Positions 38,011 through 46,641 of a DNA stretch of 64,000 bases are shown here, piece after piece. Under the pieces are notes generated by a model. That model was not told where the DNA came from. It saw only the letters and a list, made by a program, of their open reading frames with translations, and did not search any database. Origin of the DNA: Ilumatobacteraceae bacterium (GTDB lineage Bacteria; Actinomycetota; Acidimicrobiia; Acidimicrobiales; Ilumatobacteraceae). Made by a program: the position numbers and the translations under genes. The stretch is taken from NCBI GenBank assembly GCA_044362135.1, contig JBIKHN010000001.1, positions 111 through 64,110 of the forward strand, given 5' to 3'. Every line of letters begins with the position of its first letter. Position 1 is the first letter of the stretch.

Positions 38011-38994
38011 TCAGATTGTTGGCGGTTCGAGTCCGTCCGAGCGCGCTGATTTGTTTAATTCCTTCAACGTGGTTCCCGATGGCACACTTTGCCGCACAAC
38101 TCCACCAGGGAAAAATGCTTGAGTGTCAGAACGTTCATTAACTTCAGCCAATGCTCGTGCCAATTCTTCTGGAGTCCACGCTTCATGCGTTGTCCAATCT
38201 TGCTCGACACTGAACGATTTGTAGATCGCCACATCGGGGCCTTCTACTGCAAATACTCGACCCGTGAACCGACACAACGAACTTGCCAAATACACCACGA
38301 GTGGTGCAACGTGTTCAGGCGCGTGTCGATCAAAACCCTCAACTTTTGGCATCATTGCAAGCACTGTTGGTGATTCTTTTACCATCCGTGTTCGAGCGCA
38401 GGGCGCTACTGCATTTACACGCACACCAAGTCGAGCAAGTTCTTGTGCGTGGCTCATTGTGAGTGCGGCAACTGCCGACTTAGTTGCGCCATACACACCC
38501 CCACCTGCGGTCGGGTGTAAACCAACAGCAGAAGTTGTGTTGACAATCGCTCTGTGTGCATCAACCCCTACTTCATCCCAGTAAGCCGCAGCGAAGTGGC
38601 TTACTGCAAGCGTCCCTTTCAGGTGAACACCGATTTGTGAGTCAATGTCTTGTTCGGTGAGATCGACAAGCGATGAGGGCCGATTATTGCCAGCGTTGTT
38701 AACGACGATGTCAAGACGACCAAAATGCCGTGTCGCTGTGTCAATGATTGACTTTGCACCATTCCAGTCGGCGACGCTCGCAGTATTCGCCACAGCTTTC
38801 CCACCGCGCGAGATTATTTCCTCCACAACTACATCGGCAGAGTTTGACTGCATTCGTTCGCCGTCCACGCTTACGCCAAAATCATTGACAATGACTGCTG
38901 CACCGTTGAGGGCAAAAGAAATTGCATACTCACGACCCAGACCACTGGCCGCACCAGTAACGACCGCGACCTTGCCTTCAAAAAGTCTCATCAA
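38011..38994 (-). CDS. SDR-family oxidoreductase (MFE-2/Rv0148-like)
   Basis: 327 aa. VVTGAASGLGREYA, NNAG, YGATKSA. The C-terminal ..SARSDGLEPPTI is encoded antisense to the tRNA fragment. Confidence 0.75.
   Translation of the reverse strand: MMRLFEGKVAVVTGAASGLGREYAISFALNGAAVIVNDFGVSVDGERMQSNSADVVVEEIISRGGKAVANTASVADWNGAKSIIDTATRHFGRLDIVVNNAGNNRPSSLVDLTEQDIDSQIGVHLKGTLAVSHFAAAYWDEVGVDAHRAIVNTTSAVGLHPTAGGGVYGATKSAVAALTMSHAQELARLGVRVNAVAPCARTRMVKESPTVLAMMPKVEGFDRHAPEHVAPLVVYLASSLCRFTGRVFAVEGPDVAIYKSFSVEQDWTTHEAWTPEELARALAEVNERSDTQAFFPGGVVRQSVPSGTTLKELNKSARSDGLEPPTI
38018..38049 (+). repeat. 32-bp direct repeat, copy 2 (orphan tRNA-Arg 3' fragment)
   Basis: Identical to 36465..36496. No 5' half of a tRNA precedes it. 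Lies antisense inside the last 12 codons of the SDR gene. Confidence 0.85.
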
Positions 38995-39055
38995 TTCAAT
39001 ACCGTAATCAAGAAATTGCGGTATTCGCTGTCCGCCAGCTTTCTCAGGACCCGTT

Positions 39056-39078
39056 CCAAAGCATGAATCATGCTTTGG
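39056..39078. promoter_or_regulatory. perfect 10-bp inverted repeat CCAAAGCATG-AAT-CATGCTTTGG in divergent intergenic region
   Basis: Read directly. Lies between the SDR start (38994) and the ndh start (39148). Candidate operator. Confidence 0.4.
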
Positions 39079-39147
39079 TGCACTCGATTCGTACTGATTT
39101 CAGGGCTTCACACCACCTCAGCGAACCACAAGTCGTAGGTTTAACTC

Positions 39148-40383
39148 ATGGTTATGGATCGTGGTGGACTAACGCCGAGGAAACATGCGGTTGTCATCGG
39201 CGCTGGCTTTGGCGGCTTGGCTTGTGCAAAAAAATTACGTAAGTCGCCTTCTTACTCGGTGACGCTCATTGACCGAAATCCCTATCAATTATTCTCGCCA
39301 CTTCTTTACCAAGTATCGACAGCATCGCTACCAGAAGATGACATTGCATTTCCGGTTCGCACTGCGTATCGAGATGTGCAATTTGTGCGTGCAGAAGTGA
39401 CAAACATTGATGCAACTAAAAATGAAATCATGCTGTCAAACGGTAAGACAATTTCCTACGATGATTTGATTCTTGCGGTTGGCTCAGAAGGCACAACATT
39501 TGGAATACCAGGTGTTGCGGAAAACGTGTTTCAAATGAAATCGGTCAGTGATGCCAGAGCGATCCGACATTCGTTGCTGAGTGCATATGAAAGTGTTGAA
39601 GACGGATTACTGCCTCTTGAGAGTCTTAACGTTGTGATTGTTGGTGGTGGCCCAACTGGTGTCGAGCTTGCTGGAGCCGTAAAGGAACTACAGCATGAAA
39701 TTCGCCGTGAGTTTGAGCACATCGCCCCGAAAGCAACTGTGACACTGCTTGAAGCGGGTCCTCGATTATTGCCAACCTTTCATCCGAGCTCAAGTAATTA
39801 CACTCTCAAAACCCTCACCAAAATGGGCGTGCATGTTCAAGTAGATGCCGCCGTTGTTGAGGCAACTCCCCGGTCGCTCATATTGAAAGATGGCAGTGAG
39901 ATCGTCGCTGGTACCCGAATTTGGGCAGCGGGCGTTGTTGCACCCCCACACTGGAAATTCCTTGGTGAAACAGATCGTGGAAATCGAATCAAGGTCAATT
40001 CACATTTGCAAATCAGCGACTCAATTTGGATCGTTGGCGATGTAGCAAGTTTCCCCAACAGTGATGGCCGCCCACTTCCAATGGTTGCGCCAGTGGCAAT
40101 TCAGCAAGGAAAACATGTCGCGCGCCAGATTCGGCGACGCGAGGCAAATACTTCTCTTGAGGTTTTCAAATATCGCGACAAGGGCCAAATGGCGACTATT
40201 GGTCGTCGCAAAGCCGTTGTTGAGATGCGTTCATGGCTGCGGTTTCAAGGTTCACTCGCCTGGCTGACATGGCTTGCACTTCATCTCGCATACCTATCAG
40301 GCGGTCGAAACCGAACAAGTATTTTTGCCGACTGGATCTGGAACTACATCGTCTGGACGCCACGCCGAACGATTATTGACTAA
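39148..40383 (+). CDS. ndh: type II NADH dehydrogenase (NDH-2)
   Basis: 411 aa. Two dinucleotide folds (VVIGAGFGGLA, VIVGGGPTGVELAG), GDVA motif, C-terminal amphipathic/membrane segment. Confidence 0.85.
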   Translation: MVMDRGGLTPRKHAVVIGAGFGGLACAKKLRKSPSYSVTLIDRNPYQLFSPLLYQVSTASLPEDDIAFPVRTAYRDVQFVRAEVTNIDATKNEIMLSNGKTISYDDLILAVGSEGTTFGIPGVAENVFQMKSVSDARAIRHSLLSAYESVEDGLLPLESLNVVIVGGGPTGVELAGAVKELQHEIRREFEHIAPKATVTLLEAGPRLLPTFHPSSSNYTLKTLTKMGVHVQVDAAVVEATPRSLILKDGSEIVAGTRIWAAGVVAPPHWKFLGETDRGNRIKVNSHLQISDSIWIVGDVASFPNSDGRPLPMVAPVAIQQGKHVARQIRRREANTSLEVFKYRDKGQMATIGRRKAVVEMRSWLRFQGSLAWLTWLALHLAYLSGGRNRTSIFADWIWNYIVWTPRRTIID

Positions 40384-40447
40384 TGGCTTCCGATTAGAGA
40401 GTTTGCTACTGCAATTCATAGTTGATTGAAGTGTTACAGTACCACTA

Positions 40448-41824
40448 GTGCCTCTCAACGCCGCTAATTTCTTTGCAGGTCGTCGGTTTATCGCACTTTG
40501 CAGTGGCGCCATGGTTCTCTATGTGTTTGGATGGATCACTAAATGGTCTTTTGATCCATCAGTTGCGTCGAACTTACGAACAGATTTTTTCTTTACAGCT
40601 CAGGCAGATGCCCTGCTTCGCGGTCGCCTTTGGGTTGACCCGAATTCATTTGCAGAAAGCATTTCTGGAGAATGTTTTTACATTGCAGATAAGTGCTACG
40701 GCTATTTTGGTTTGACGCCGAGCATCCTTCGTATCCCGATCTTGCTTGTGATCGGGCAAACCACCCAAAGTTTCGCATTTTTGATGATCCCAATTGCATC
40801 AGGTCTGGCTTTTGGTGCATCACTTGACTTGTGTCGACAGTTTGCGAAGCCGATTGCGCACCAACTTCGTGGTGTTGTGTTTATGTGTGTTGCAGCGTTA
40901 GCGCTTGGGCCTGGCAGCGTTCTTGTCCTCCTTGCCGACCCCTTCTTATATCAGGAAGCAATTGTTTGGTCTATTGCTGGGGTGATGCTGGCAGTCAATT
41001 GTTATTGGCGTTGGCTACACAGCGACAATAATCGCTATCTCTGGTTTTCTGTCTTTTTCTGCATCTTTGCAGCAGGCGCACGACCAACCACTGTTCTTGT
41101 CGGAGTCGTTCTTGGTGCTTCGTTACTCATTGCACACCGCAACTATTTGAGTTTGCGTTCTAATGTTGCAGTTGCGGCTTTAGGCTTCATCGTCTTGCCA
41201 GCACTCTTTTCGTTCGGCACACTTTTTGCAAAGTTTGGTCAACCTTCACCACCGCCCCGCGCATGGAATAACCCAACCAGTAATCCGGAGGGAGGAACGT
41301 TTCTGTGCGGTCAGATGTTTGAGACCCACCCGAAATTCATGCCCACTAATCTGTTTGCATATTTTCGCCCTGACGCAGTTCGCCTCTATAGAGAATGGCC
41401 AAATGTTCGCTTCAGATTCAACGGATGCAACGGATCCAATCGCCCAACATATCTTTGGCCACTAAAAGTTGGCGATATGCATGTGGAAAAAACCACAAGC
41501 CTTCCAAACACCATGCCAATCCCCTTGTTGGCTGCGGGAATTACATCATGGGTAGCAATTCGCCAACGGCGAACCACAGAACTAGCGCTCCTCATCGCCG
41601 TAGCAACTAGTGGCCTACTGGCGAGTTCCGCCGTGGGGATGGCATCACGATATTTAGGGGACTTTTACCCACTACTGGCAGTCGGAATGGCATTTTCGGC
41701 AACCATGCTTGGGTCAGCCAAACGAAAGTCAACTCTGGTTGCGTTGACCTGTGTCGTGCTGGTGCTCATCCCCTGGTCGCTACTTGCCAACGCAAGTCTC
41801 CTCACACGACATCGATGGCTGTAG
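40448..41824 (+). CDS. polytopic membrane protein, paralogue A (GT-C-like glycosyltransferase suspected)
   Basis: 458 aa, ~10 hydrophobic segments. The first extracytoplasmic loop carries DFFFTAQADALLRGRLWVD. GTG start aligned with the ATG of paralogue B. Confidence 0.45.
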   Translation: MPLNAANFFAGRRFIALCSGAMVLYVFGWITKWSFDPSVASNLRTDFFFTAQADALLRGRLWVDPNSFAESISGECFYIADKCYGYFGLTPSILRIPILLVIGQTTQSFAFLMIPIASGLAFGASLDLCRQFAKPIAHQLRGVVFMCVAALALGPGSVLVLLADPFLYQEAIVWSIAGVMLAVNCYWRWLHSDNNRYLWFSVFFCIFAAGARPTTVLVGVVLGASLLIAHRNYLSLRSNVAVAALGFIVLPALFSFGTLFAKFGQPSPPPRAWNNPTSNPEGGTFLCGQMFETHPKFMPTNLFAYFRPDAVRLYREWPNVRFRFNGCNGSNRPTYLWPLKVGDMHVEKTTSLPNTMPIPLLAAGITSWVAIRQRRTTELALLIAVATSGLLASSAVGMASRYLGDFYPLLAVGMAFSATMLGSAKRKSTLVALTCVVLVLIPWSLLANASLLTRHRWL

Positions 41825-41855
41825 AGATAATGAATAAGCATCAGGAATTCGCTTT

Positions 41856-43226
41856 ATGTCTCTGAATGCCACACATTTCTTTGCAGGTCGCCGGTTCATT
41901 GCATTTTGCAGTGGCGCCATGGCTTTCTACATGTATGGATGGATCACAAAATGGTCGTTTGATCCATCGGTTACACCGAACATACAACCAGACTTTTTCT
42001 TCACAGCTCAGGCAGACGCGCTGCTTCGTGGACGCCTCTGGGTCGACCCGATTTCGATGGATTCAGTTAGCGAGTGCTTTTATTTTGCAGGTAAGTGCTA
42101 CGGATATTTTGGTTTGACGCCAAGCATCCTTCGTATCCCGATCTTGCTCGTGATCGGGCCTACTACCCAAAGTTTCGCAGTTTTTATGATCCCAATTGCA
42201 TCAGGTTTAGCATTAGGTGCATCACTTGACTTGTGCCGACAATTTGCGAAACCGATGACTCGGCAACTTCGTGGTGTTGTGTTCATGTGTATTGCAGCGT
42301 TAGCGCTTGGGCCTGGCAGTGTTCTTGTTATCCTTGCCGACCCTTGGTTGTATCAGGAAGCAATAGTTTGGTCGATTGCTGGGGTGATGCTTGCACTCAA
42401 TTGTTATTGGCGCTGGCTCCACAGCGACAACAATCGCTATCTCGGGTTATCTGTCTTTTTCTGTATATTTGCAGCAGGTGCTCGACCAACCACTGTTTTT
42501 GTTGGAGTGGTGATCGGATTTTCGCTGTTTATCGCACACCGAAAACGTGTTAGCCTTCGCTCCAACATTGCTGTGGCAGCTTTAGGCTTCATCATCTTGC
42601 CAGCGCTCTTTTCTTTCGGCGCACTCTTCGTAAAGTTCGGCCAGCCTTCGCTACCAACAAACGCATACAGGAGCCCAACCGGAATCCAGGTTGAACGTTC
42701 TGGTTCCTGCGATCTCCCACTTGACAACCAGCCAAAATATATGCCAACGAATCTGTTTGCATATTTTCGCCCTGATGCTGTTCGACTTTATCGAGAATGG
42801 CCAAACGTTCGCTTCAGATTCAATATATGTGACGGACCGAACCACCCAACATATCTTTGGCCACTAAAAGTTGGCGATATGTATGTGGAAAAAACCACAA
42901 GCCTCACAAACACGATGCCAATCCCCTTGTTAGCTGCGGGAATTGCTTCGTTTGCAGCGATCCGCCAACGGCGAACCACAGAACTAGCGCTCCTCATCGC
43001 CGTCGCAACCAGTGGCCTGCTGTTGAGCTTGAGCTTTGCGATGACATCGCGTTATTTAGGGGACTTTTACCCACTACTAGCCACGGGAATGGCAATGTCA
43101 GCAACCATGCTCGGGTCAGCCAAACGAAAGTCAACCCTGGTTGCGTTGACCTGTGTAGTGCTGGTGCTCATCCCCTGGTCGCTACTCGCAAACGCAAGTC
43201 TCCTCACGCGATATCGATGGTTGTAG
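41856..43226 (+). CDS. polytopic membrane protein, paralogue B (tandem duplicate of 40448..41824)
   Basis: 456 aa, roughly 85% identical to paralogue A by eye. The last 37 aa differ from A at only one residue (H/Y). Confidence 0.45.
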   Translation: MSLNATHFFAGRRFIAFCSGAMAFYMYGWITKWSFDPSVTPNIQPDFFFTAQADALLRGRLWVDPISMDSVSECFYFAGKCYGYFGLTPSILRIPILLVIGPTTQSFAVFMIPIASGLALGASLDLCRQFAKPMTRQLRGVVFMCIAALALGPGSVLVILADPWLYQEAIVWSIAGVMLALNCYWRWLHSDNNRYLGLSVFFCIFAAGARPTTVFVGVVIGFSLFIAHRKRVSLRSNIAVAALGFIILPALFSFGALFVKFGQPSLPTNAYRSPTGIQVERSGSCDLPLDNQPKYMPTNLFAYFRPDAVRLYREWPNVRFRFNICDGPNHPTYLWPLKVGDMYVEKTTSLTNTMPIPLLAAGIASFAAIRQRRTTELALLIAVATSGLLLSLSFAMTSRYLGDFYPLLATGMAMSATMLGSAKRKSTLVALTCVVLVLIPWSLLANASLLTRYRWL

Positions 43227-43384
43227 AGGAACTGATCAATTCAATTGATGGCGAGGTGCCAGATAACGGATATGCATGAGAGGGTGACGGCTCGACTAAT
43301 CCCAGAACGCTGTATTCTGCAGTTATGACCTAATTCCCTTCGCGGCGCGAATTTTTCACTGCCACCGTTGCATCCATTGCATGG

Positions 43385-43870
43385 ATGCTGACAGGTGGAA
43401 ATGCCGATGCGGCAGCACCATCTATTTCTGTTGGCTCCCCGTGCAAAGTCGCTGGTCGAGAGCGAACAGTCAATGGAGTCACATTCGTTTGTCGGAAAGA
43501 GAAAGCAAAGCTGGTCTGGCGGCGGAAAAAGTTTCCAACGGTGAGCCAAGTGACCACCGAGCGCGTGCTGGAAACCAGCAACCTTGTAATTGGTGAAACA
43601 AAGATTGTCAATGTGCTCATCGCAGGTGGAGGTAGCACTGGTGTAGTACTTACGCGCACCGAATCCGGAATCACTGCTTTGCGCGTCAATTGTTCACATC
43701 AGGGATTCCCTGTAACTCGAGTCAAGAACGTTCTTGAATGTGACTTACACGGCTCTCAGTTCGACCCTGCGCCTGGCGCTGCCATTCTTGGACCTGCAGT
43801 TAACCCACTACTCCGATACGAAGCGTCGGAATCAAACGGTGGAATTTACGTCACGATTCGACCCAACTGA
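43385..43870 (+). CDS. Rieske [2Fe-2S] domain protein (possibly 5'-disrupted, see finding)
   Basis: 161 aa. CSHQG and CDLHGS cluster-binding boxes. The upstream in-frame sequence encodes a Tat signal interrupted by TAA. Confidence 0.7.
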   Translation: MLTGGNADAAAPSISVGSPCKVAGRERTVNGVTFVCRKEKAKLVWRRKKFPTVSQVTTERVLETSNLVIGETKIVNVLIAGGGSTGVVLTRTESGITALRVNCSHQGFPVTRVKNVLECDLHGSQFDPAPGAAILGPAVNPLLRYEASESNGGIYVTIRPN

Positions 43871-43874
43871 TCGG

Positions 43875-44579
43875 TTAACGCGAAAAACGAAGTAGAAACT
43901 CCAATAATCCGGAAGGCTCTGCAGAAATGCCCGAAACACTTGGATCGGGTATCTGCCAGTCTGCAAAGACAATTTCAATTTTTCCATTGATCTCAATCAG
44001 ACCGTCAATAAGTCGTGCCACTATTTCAACATTGACATCTTTTGTCACTCCACGCAGTGTGAGCTTTCCTGCTGCAGACACAGGGAACTCTGCTCCCGAT
44101 ACCGCCTCGGGTGTAAGCGCTATCGGAGATGTCAGAGTGAAAACCGATACTGGGAATGATGCGGTGTCAAGAATCCGACCATTTACTTGTCGATCCCTGC
44201 GATCGCTGTCGCTCATCAATGTTGCCATCGCTACTTTGAACTCCGCGCTCACCACTGAGTTTTCTGAAATCGTCAACGATCCATCAATTTCACTTGTTTG
44301 CCCAACACCTTCGGTGCTTTGACCAAACAAAATTTCCTTGACTCGATAACCAACTACCGAATCTGGCCCCAACAACGATTCGCCTTCCAATTCGTTTTCA
44401 TTGTTGTTTACTGAAGTATCCACAGGCAACGAAGTGCTTACTGGCTCCAGGCTCAAGACATCGGGGGCATCGTCCTTGATCACATTGATATAGACCCACG
44501 GCACACCAACAATCCCTACCAAAACCACTAATAGCCCAACTACTCCACGAAACATCCAAAGCTTCACTGTTTGATTCAT
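43875..44579 (-). CDS. YceI-family protein with N-terminal membrane anchor
   Basis: 234 aa. TM VVGLLVVLVGIVGVPWVYI. YceI-like beta-barrel segments (..LTLRGVTKDVNVEIVA..). Confidence 0.7.
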   Translation of the reverse strand: MNQTVKLWMFRGVVGLLVVLVGIVGVPWVYINVIKDDAPDVLSLEPVSTSLPVDTSVNNNENELEGESLLGPDSVVGYRVKEILFGQSTEGVGQTSEIDGSLTISENSVVSAEFKVAMATLMSDSDRRDRQVNGRILDTASFPVSVFTLTSPIALTPEAVSGAEFPVSAAGKLTLRGVTKDVNVEIVARLIDGLIEINGKIEIVFADWQIPDPSVSGISAEPSGLLEFLLRFSR

Positions 44580-44616
44580 AACAAGCGAGTTAGATCAAAA
44601 ATCTGAGATTCGCCAT

Positions 44617-44645
44617 GCAGAGATGCACCTCATTCGCATCTCTGC
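44617..44645 (-). terminator. hairpin GCAGAGATGC-(9 nt)-GCATCTCTGC downstream of Mo-oxidoreductase gene
   Basis: Perfect 10-bp stem read directly, 30 nt after the stop at 44675. No immediate U-tract, so either a U-tract-less terminator or a processing/operator site. Confidence 0.35.
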
Positions 44646-44674
44646 CAATCAAATGATCGAGGGGTCTGCAGTTG

Positions 44675-46270
44675 CTATACAACCGTTACATTGCGCGTGT
44701 GCCATCCAGTGGCACCGTCCGGATCCACACGTCGCACTTCCTCCGTTTGGGTGTAGCCGCTTTTGTCAGTCGTACGAACTTGAATCGTGTGCTCGCCCAC
44801 CGTTGCGTCCCAGTCAAAAATCCATTGCCGCCACGCATCATCGGAAAGGTCTATTCCTAAATCGCAGGTATTCCATGCACCGCGGTCTATCCGTATCTCA
44901 ACCCGTTGGACCCCGGTGTGTTGCGCCCAAGCAACACCCGCGAGACGAAACTTACCTGCCGAGATTGATTCACCCTGTCTTGGTACATCAATGCGTGACT
45001 GAGTTTTGATTGGTGCATCTCTCGACCAACCGCGTGGAATCCAATAACCCTGCTCCGCCGACCATGTGGTGATGTGTATTTCGGATAACCATTTTGTTGC
45101 TGATACATACCCATACAGTCCGGGAACAACAAGTCGAGCGGGATACCCATGCATCAATGGCAATGATTTTCCATTCATTCCGATTGCAATGAGCGCATCA
45201 CGACCATCCATTGCGGCTGATACGGGGAAACCTGATGTCCAGCCATCCAAGCTGGTGCTGAAAACTTGTTCAGCATTTCTTTTGATACCGCAAGATTCCA
45301 ATACATCTTTTAGCAACACACCACGCCACACCGCGTTCCCGATTAACGGGCCACCAACTTGATTCGAGACACAACAAAGAGTGATAATTCGTTCTACTTG
45401 TGGAAGCGCCAAGAGGTCATCCATGGAAAAACGCTTTTCGCGCTCAACGAGCCCGTGAATCCTGAGTTTCCAATTTGCTAGATCAACTCGTGGAAACGAC
45501 AGTGCCGTATCAATCCGATAAAATCTTTCATTGGGTGTGATGTATGGATCGGTGGGATGAAAATCAGACTGCGGAATGACAGCTACGTTGCCCGATGTGA
45601 GCGGTGGCAGAGGAATATTTGTCAGATCCTGAATCTGCTGTAACTCTGATTGTTCGCGGCTTCGCGAAAACAGAAGTCCACCTCCACTGAGAGCGCCAAG
45701 AGTTCCCACTGTGCGAATGAACCTTCTACGGTCCCAACCAAGTGGCACACGAGACTGCTGCGGCATACGCGACATTCTCCGTTGCATAGTGAGGTGGCTA
45801 TGAAGACGGTTGGCGGCGAACAGACCTGCAACTACCCCACATAAAGGGGCAACGCTTGACATTACGCCGGTTCCAACATGTTCAAGTGCCGACACCGCTC
45901 CAAGAATGCCAAAACCAACGATGCCCGCCTGAAGAGGAGCAAGCCGTTTGCGACTAAGCAATCCCAACACCACAGAGGCAGTGAGAAGCACTGCAAGCAT
46001 TCCTACTTGTAGTGCAATCTTATTTTTGGTCCCAAAAGTCTGGATCGCGAGTTCTTTCAGCCACAACGGAGTTCGATCAATGAACGAACTTCCCACGAGA
46101 TCAAGCGAAGTCCGAGATTTGCCAAGCGCACTCACAACGGTGCCAACTGATACCGCAAATAGCCCACTGGAAAGCCCAACGACACCACCGATCCAACGCG
46201 GTATTGGTGCGATTACTCCCCCGCGTGGCGCAAGTGGATCGGTTTCACCGAACTCTGGATAAGTGTCCAT
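44675..46270 (-). CDS. molybdopterin-dependent oxidoreductase (sulfite-oxidase fold) with N-terminal polytopic membrane domain
   Basis: 531 aa. ITLCCVSNQVGG (Mo-ligand Cys region), HGYPARLVVPGLYGYVSATKWL, C-terminal Ig-like dimerisation domain. Confidence 0.8.
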   Translation of the reverse strand: MDTYPEFGETDPLAPRGGVIAPIPRWIGGVVGLSSGLFAVSVGTVVSALGKSRTSLDLVGSSFIDRTPLWLKELAIQTFGTKNKIALQVGMLAVLLTASVVLGLLSRKRLAPLQAGIVGFGILGAVSALEHVGTGVMSSVAPLCGVVAGLFAANRLHSHLTMQRRMSRMPQQSRVPLGWDRRRFIRTVGTLGALSGGGLLFSRSREQSELQQIQDLTNIPLPPLTSGNVAVIPQSDFHPTDPYITPNERFYRIDTALSFPRVDLANWKLRIHGLVEREKRFSMDDLLALPQVERIITLCCVSNQVGGPLIGNAVWRGVLLKDVLESCGIKRNAEQVFSTSLDGWTSGFPVSAAMDGRDALIAIGMNGKSLPLMHGYPARLVVPGLYGYVSATKWLSEIHITTWSAEQGYWIPRGWSRDAPIKTQSRIDVPRQGESISAGKFRLAGVAWAQHTGVQRVEIRIDRGAWNTCDLGIDLSDDAWRQWIFDWDATVGEHTIQVRTTDKSGYTQTEEVRRVDPDGATGWHTRNVTVV

Positions 46271-46459
46271 GATCAGTGCTTACCGTAGCCATCAAGATTG
46301 GCGCGAGCCGGTTTACACGCCCAATGCATATACCCGTGAGGGATACCCCTAGATGTACTCAAGTATTTTCATGTCTCTCCGATACATAGGCATCAAATGA
46401 CAATCGTTTGATAATCGGGCTTTTCACACAGATCAGCTCATTTAGCAAAGGAGAAAATC

Positions 46460-46639
46460 ATGAAACGCATCGCAATCAAAACAATCAGTCGAATTCACAT
46501 GCTTCAAGACACCAAGGATCAAGGTGGCGTAGCCGCTGAATACGGTGTTTTGCTGGCTGGAATTGTTGGAGTCGTAGCTGTTGCTGCTGCCACGTTGGGC
46601 AGTCGCATCGGTGGCCTTTTCGACACGATTCTTCCTTAA
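46460..46639 (+). CDS. flp: Flp-family type IVb prepilin
   Basis: 59 aa, below the ORF-track cutoff, translated by hand: MKRIAIKTISRIHMLQDTKDQGGVAAEYGVLLAGIVGVVAVAAATLGSRIGGLFDTILP. G/xxxxEY processing motif. RBS AAGGAG 8 nt upstream. Confidence 0.8.
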   Translation: MKRIAIKTISRIHMLQDTKDQGGVAAEYGVLLAGIVGVVAVAAATLGSRIGGLFDTILP

Positions 46640-46641
46640 TT

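Noticed and set aside
43241-43689. Two minus-strand ORFs (102 and 119 aa) opposite the Rieske gene
   Set aside because: They are antisense to an ORF with unambiguous Rieske cluster-binding boxes and have no motifs of their own.
46337-46348. 12-mer TGAGGGATACCC shared with 56349..56360
   Set aside because: A window this size is expected to contain hundreds of chance 12-mer matches on both strands, and there is no extended similarity around either copy.
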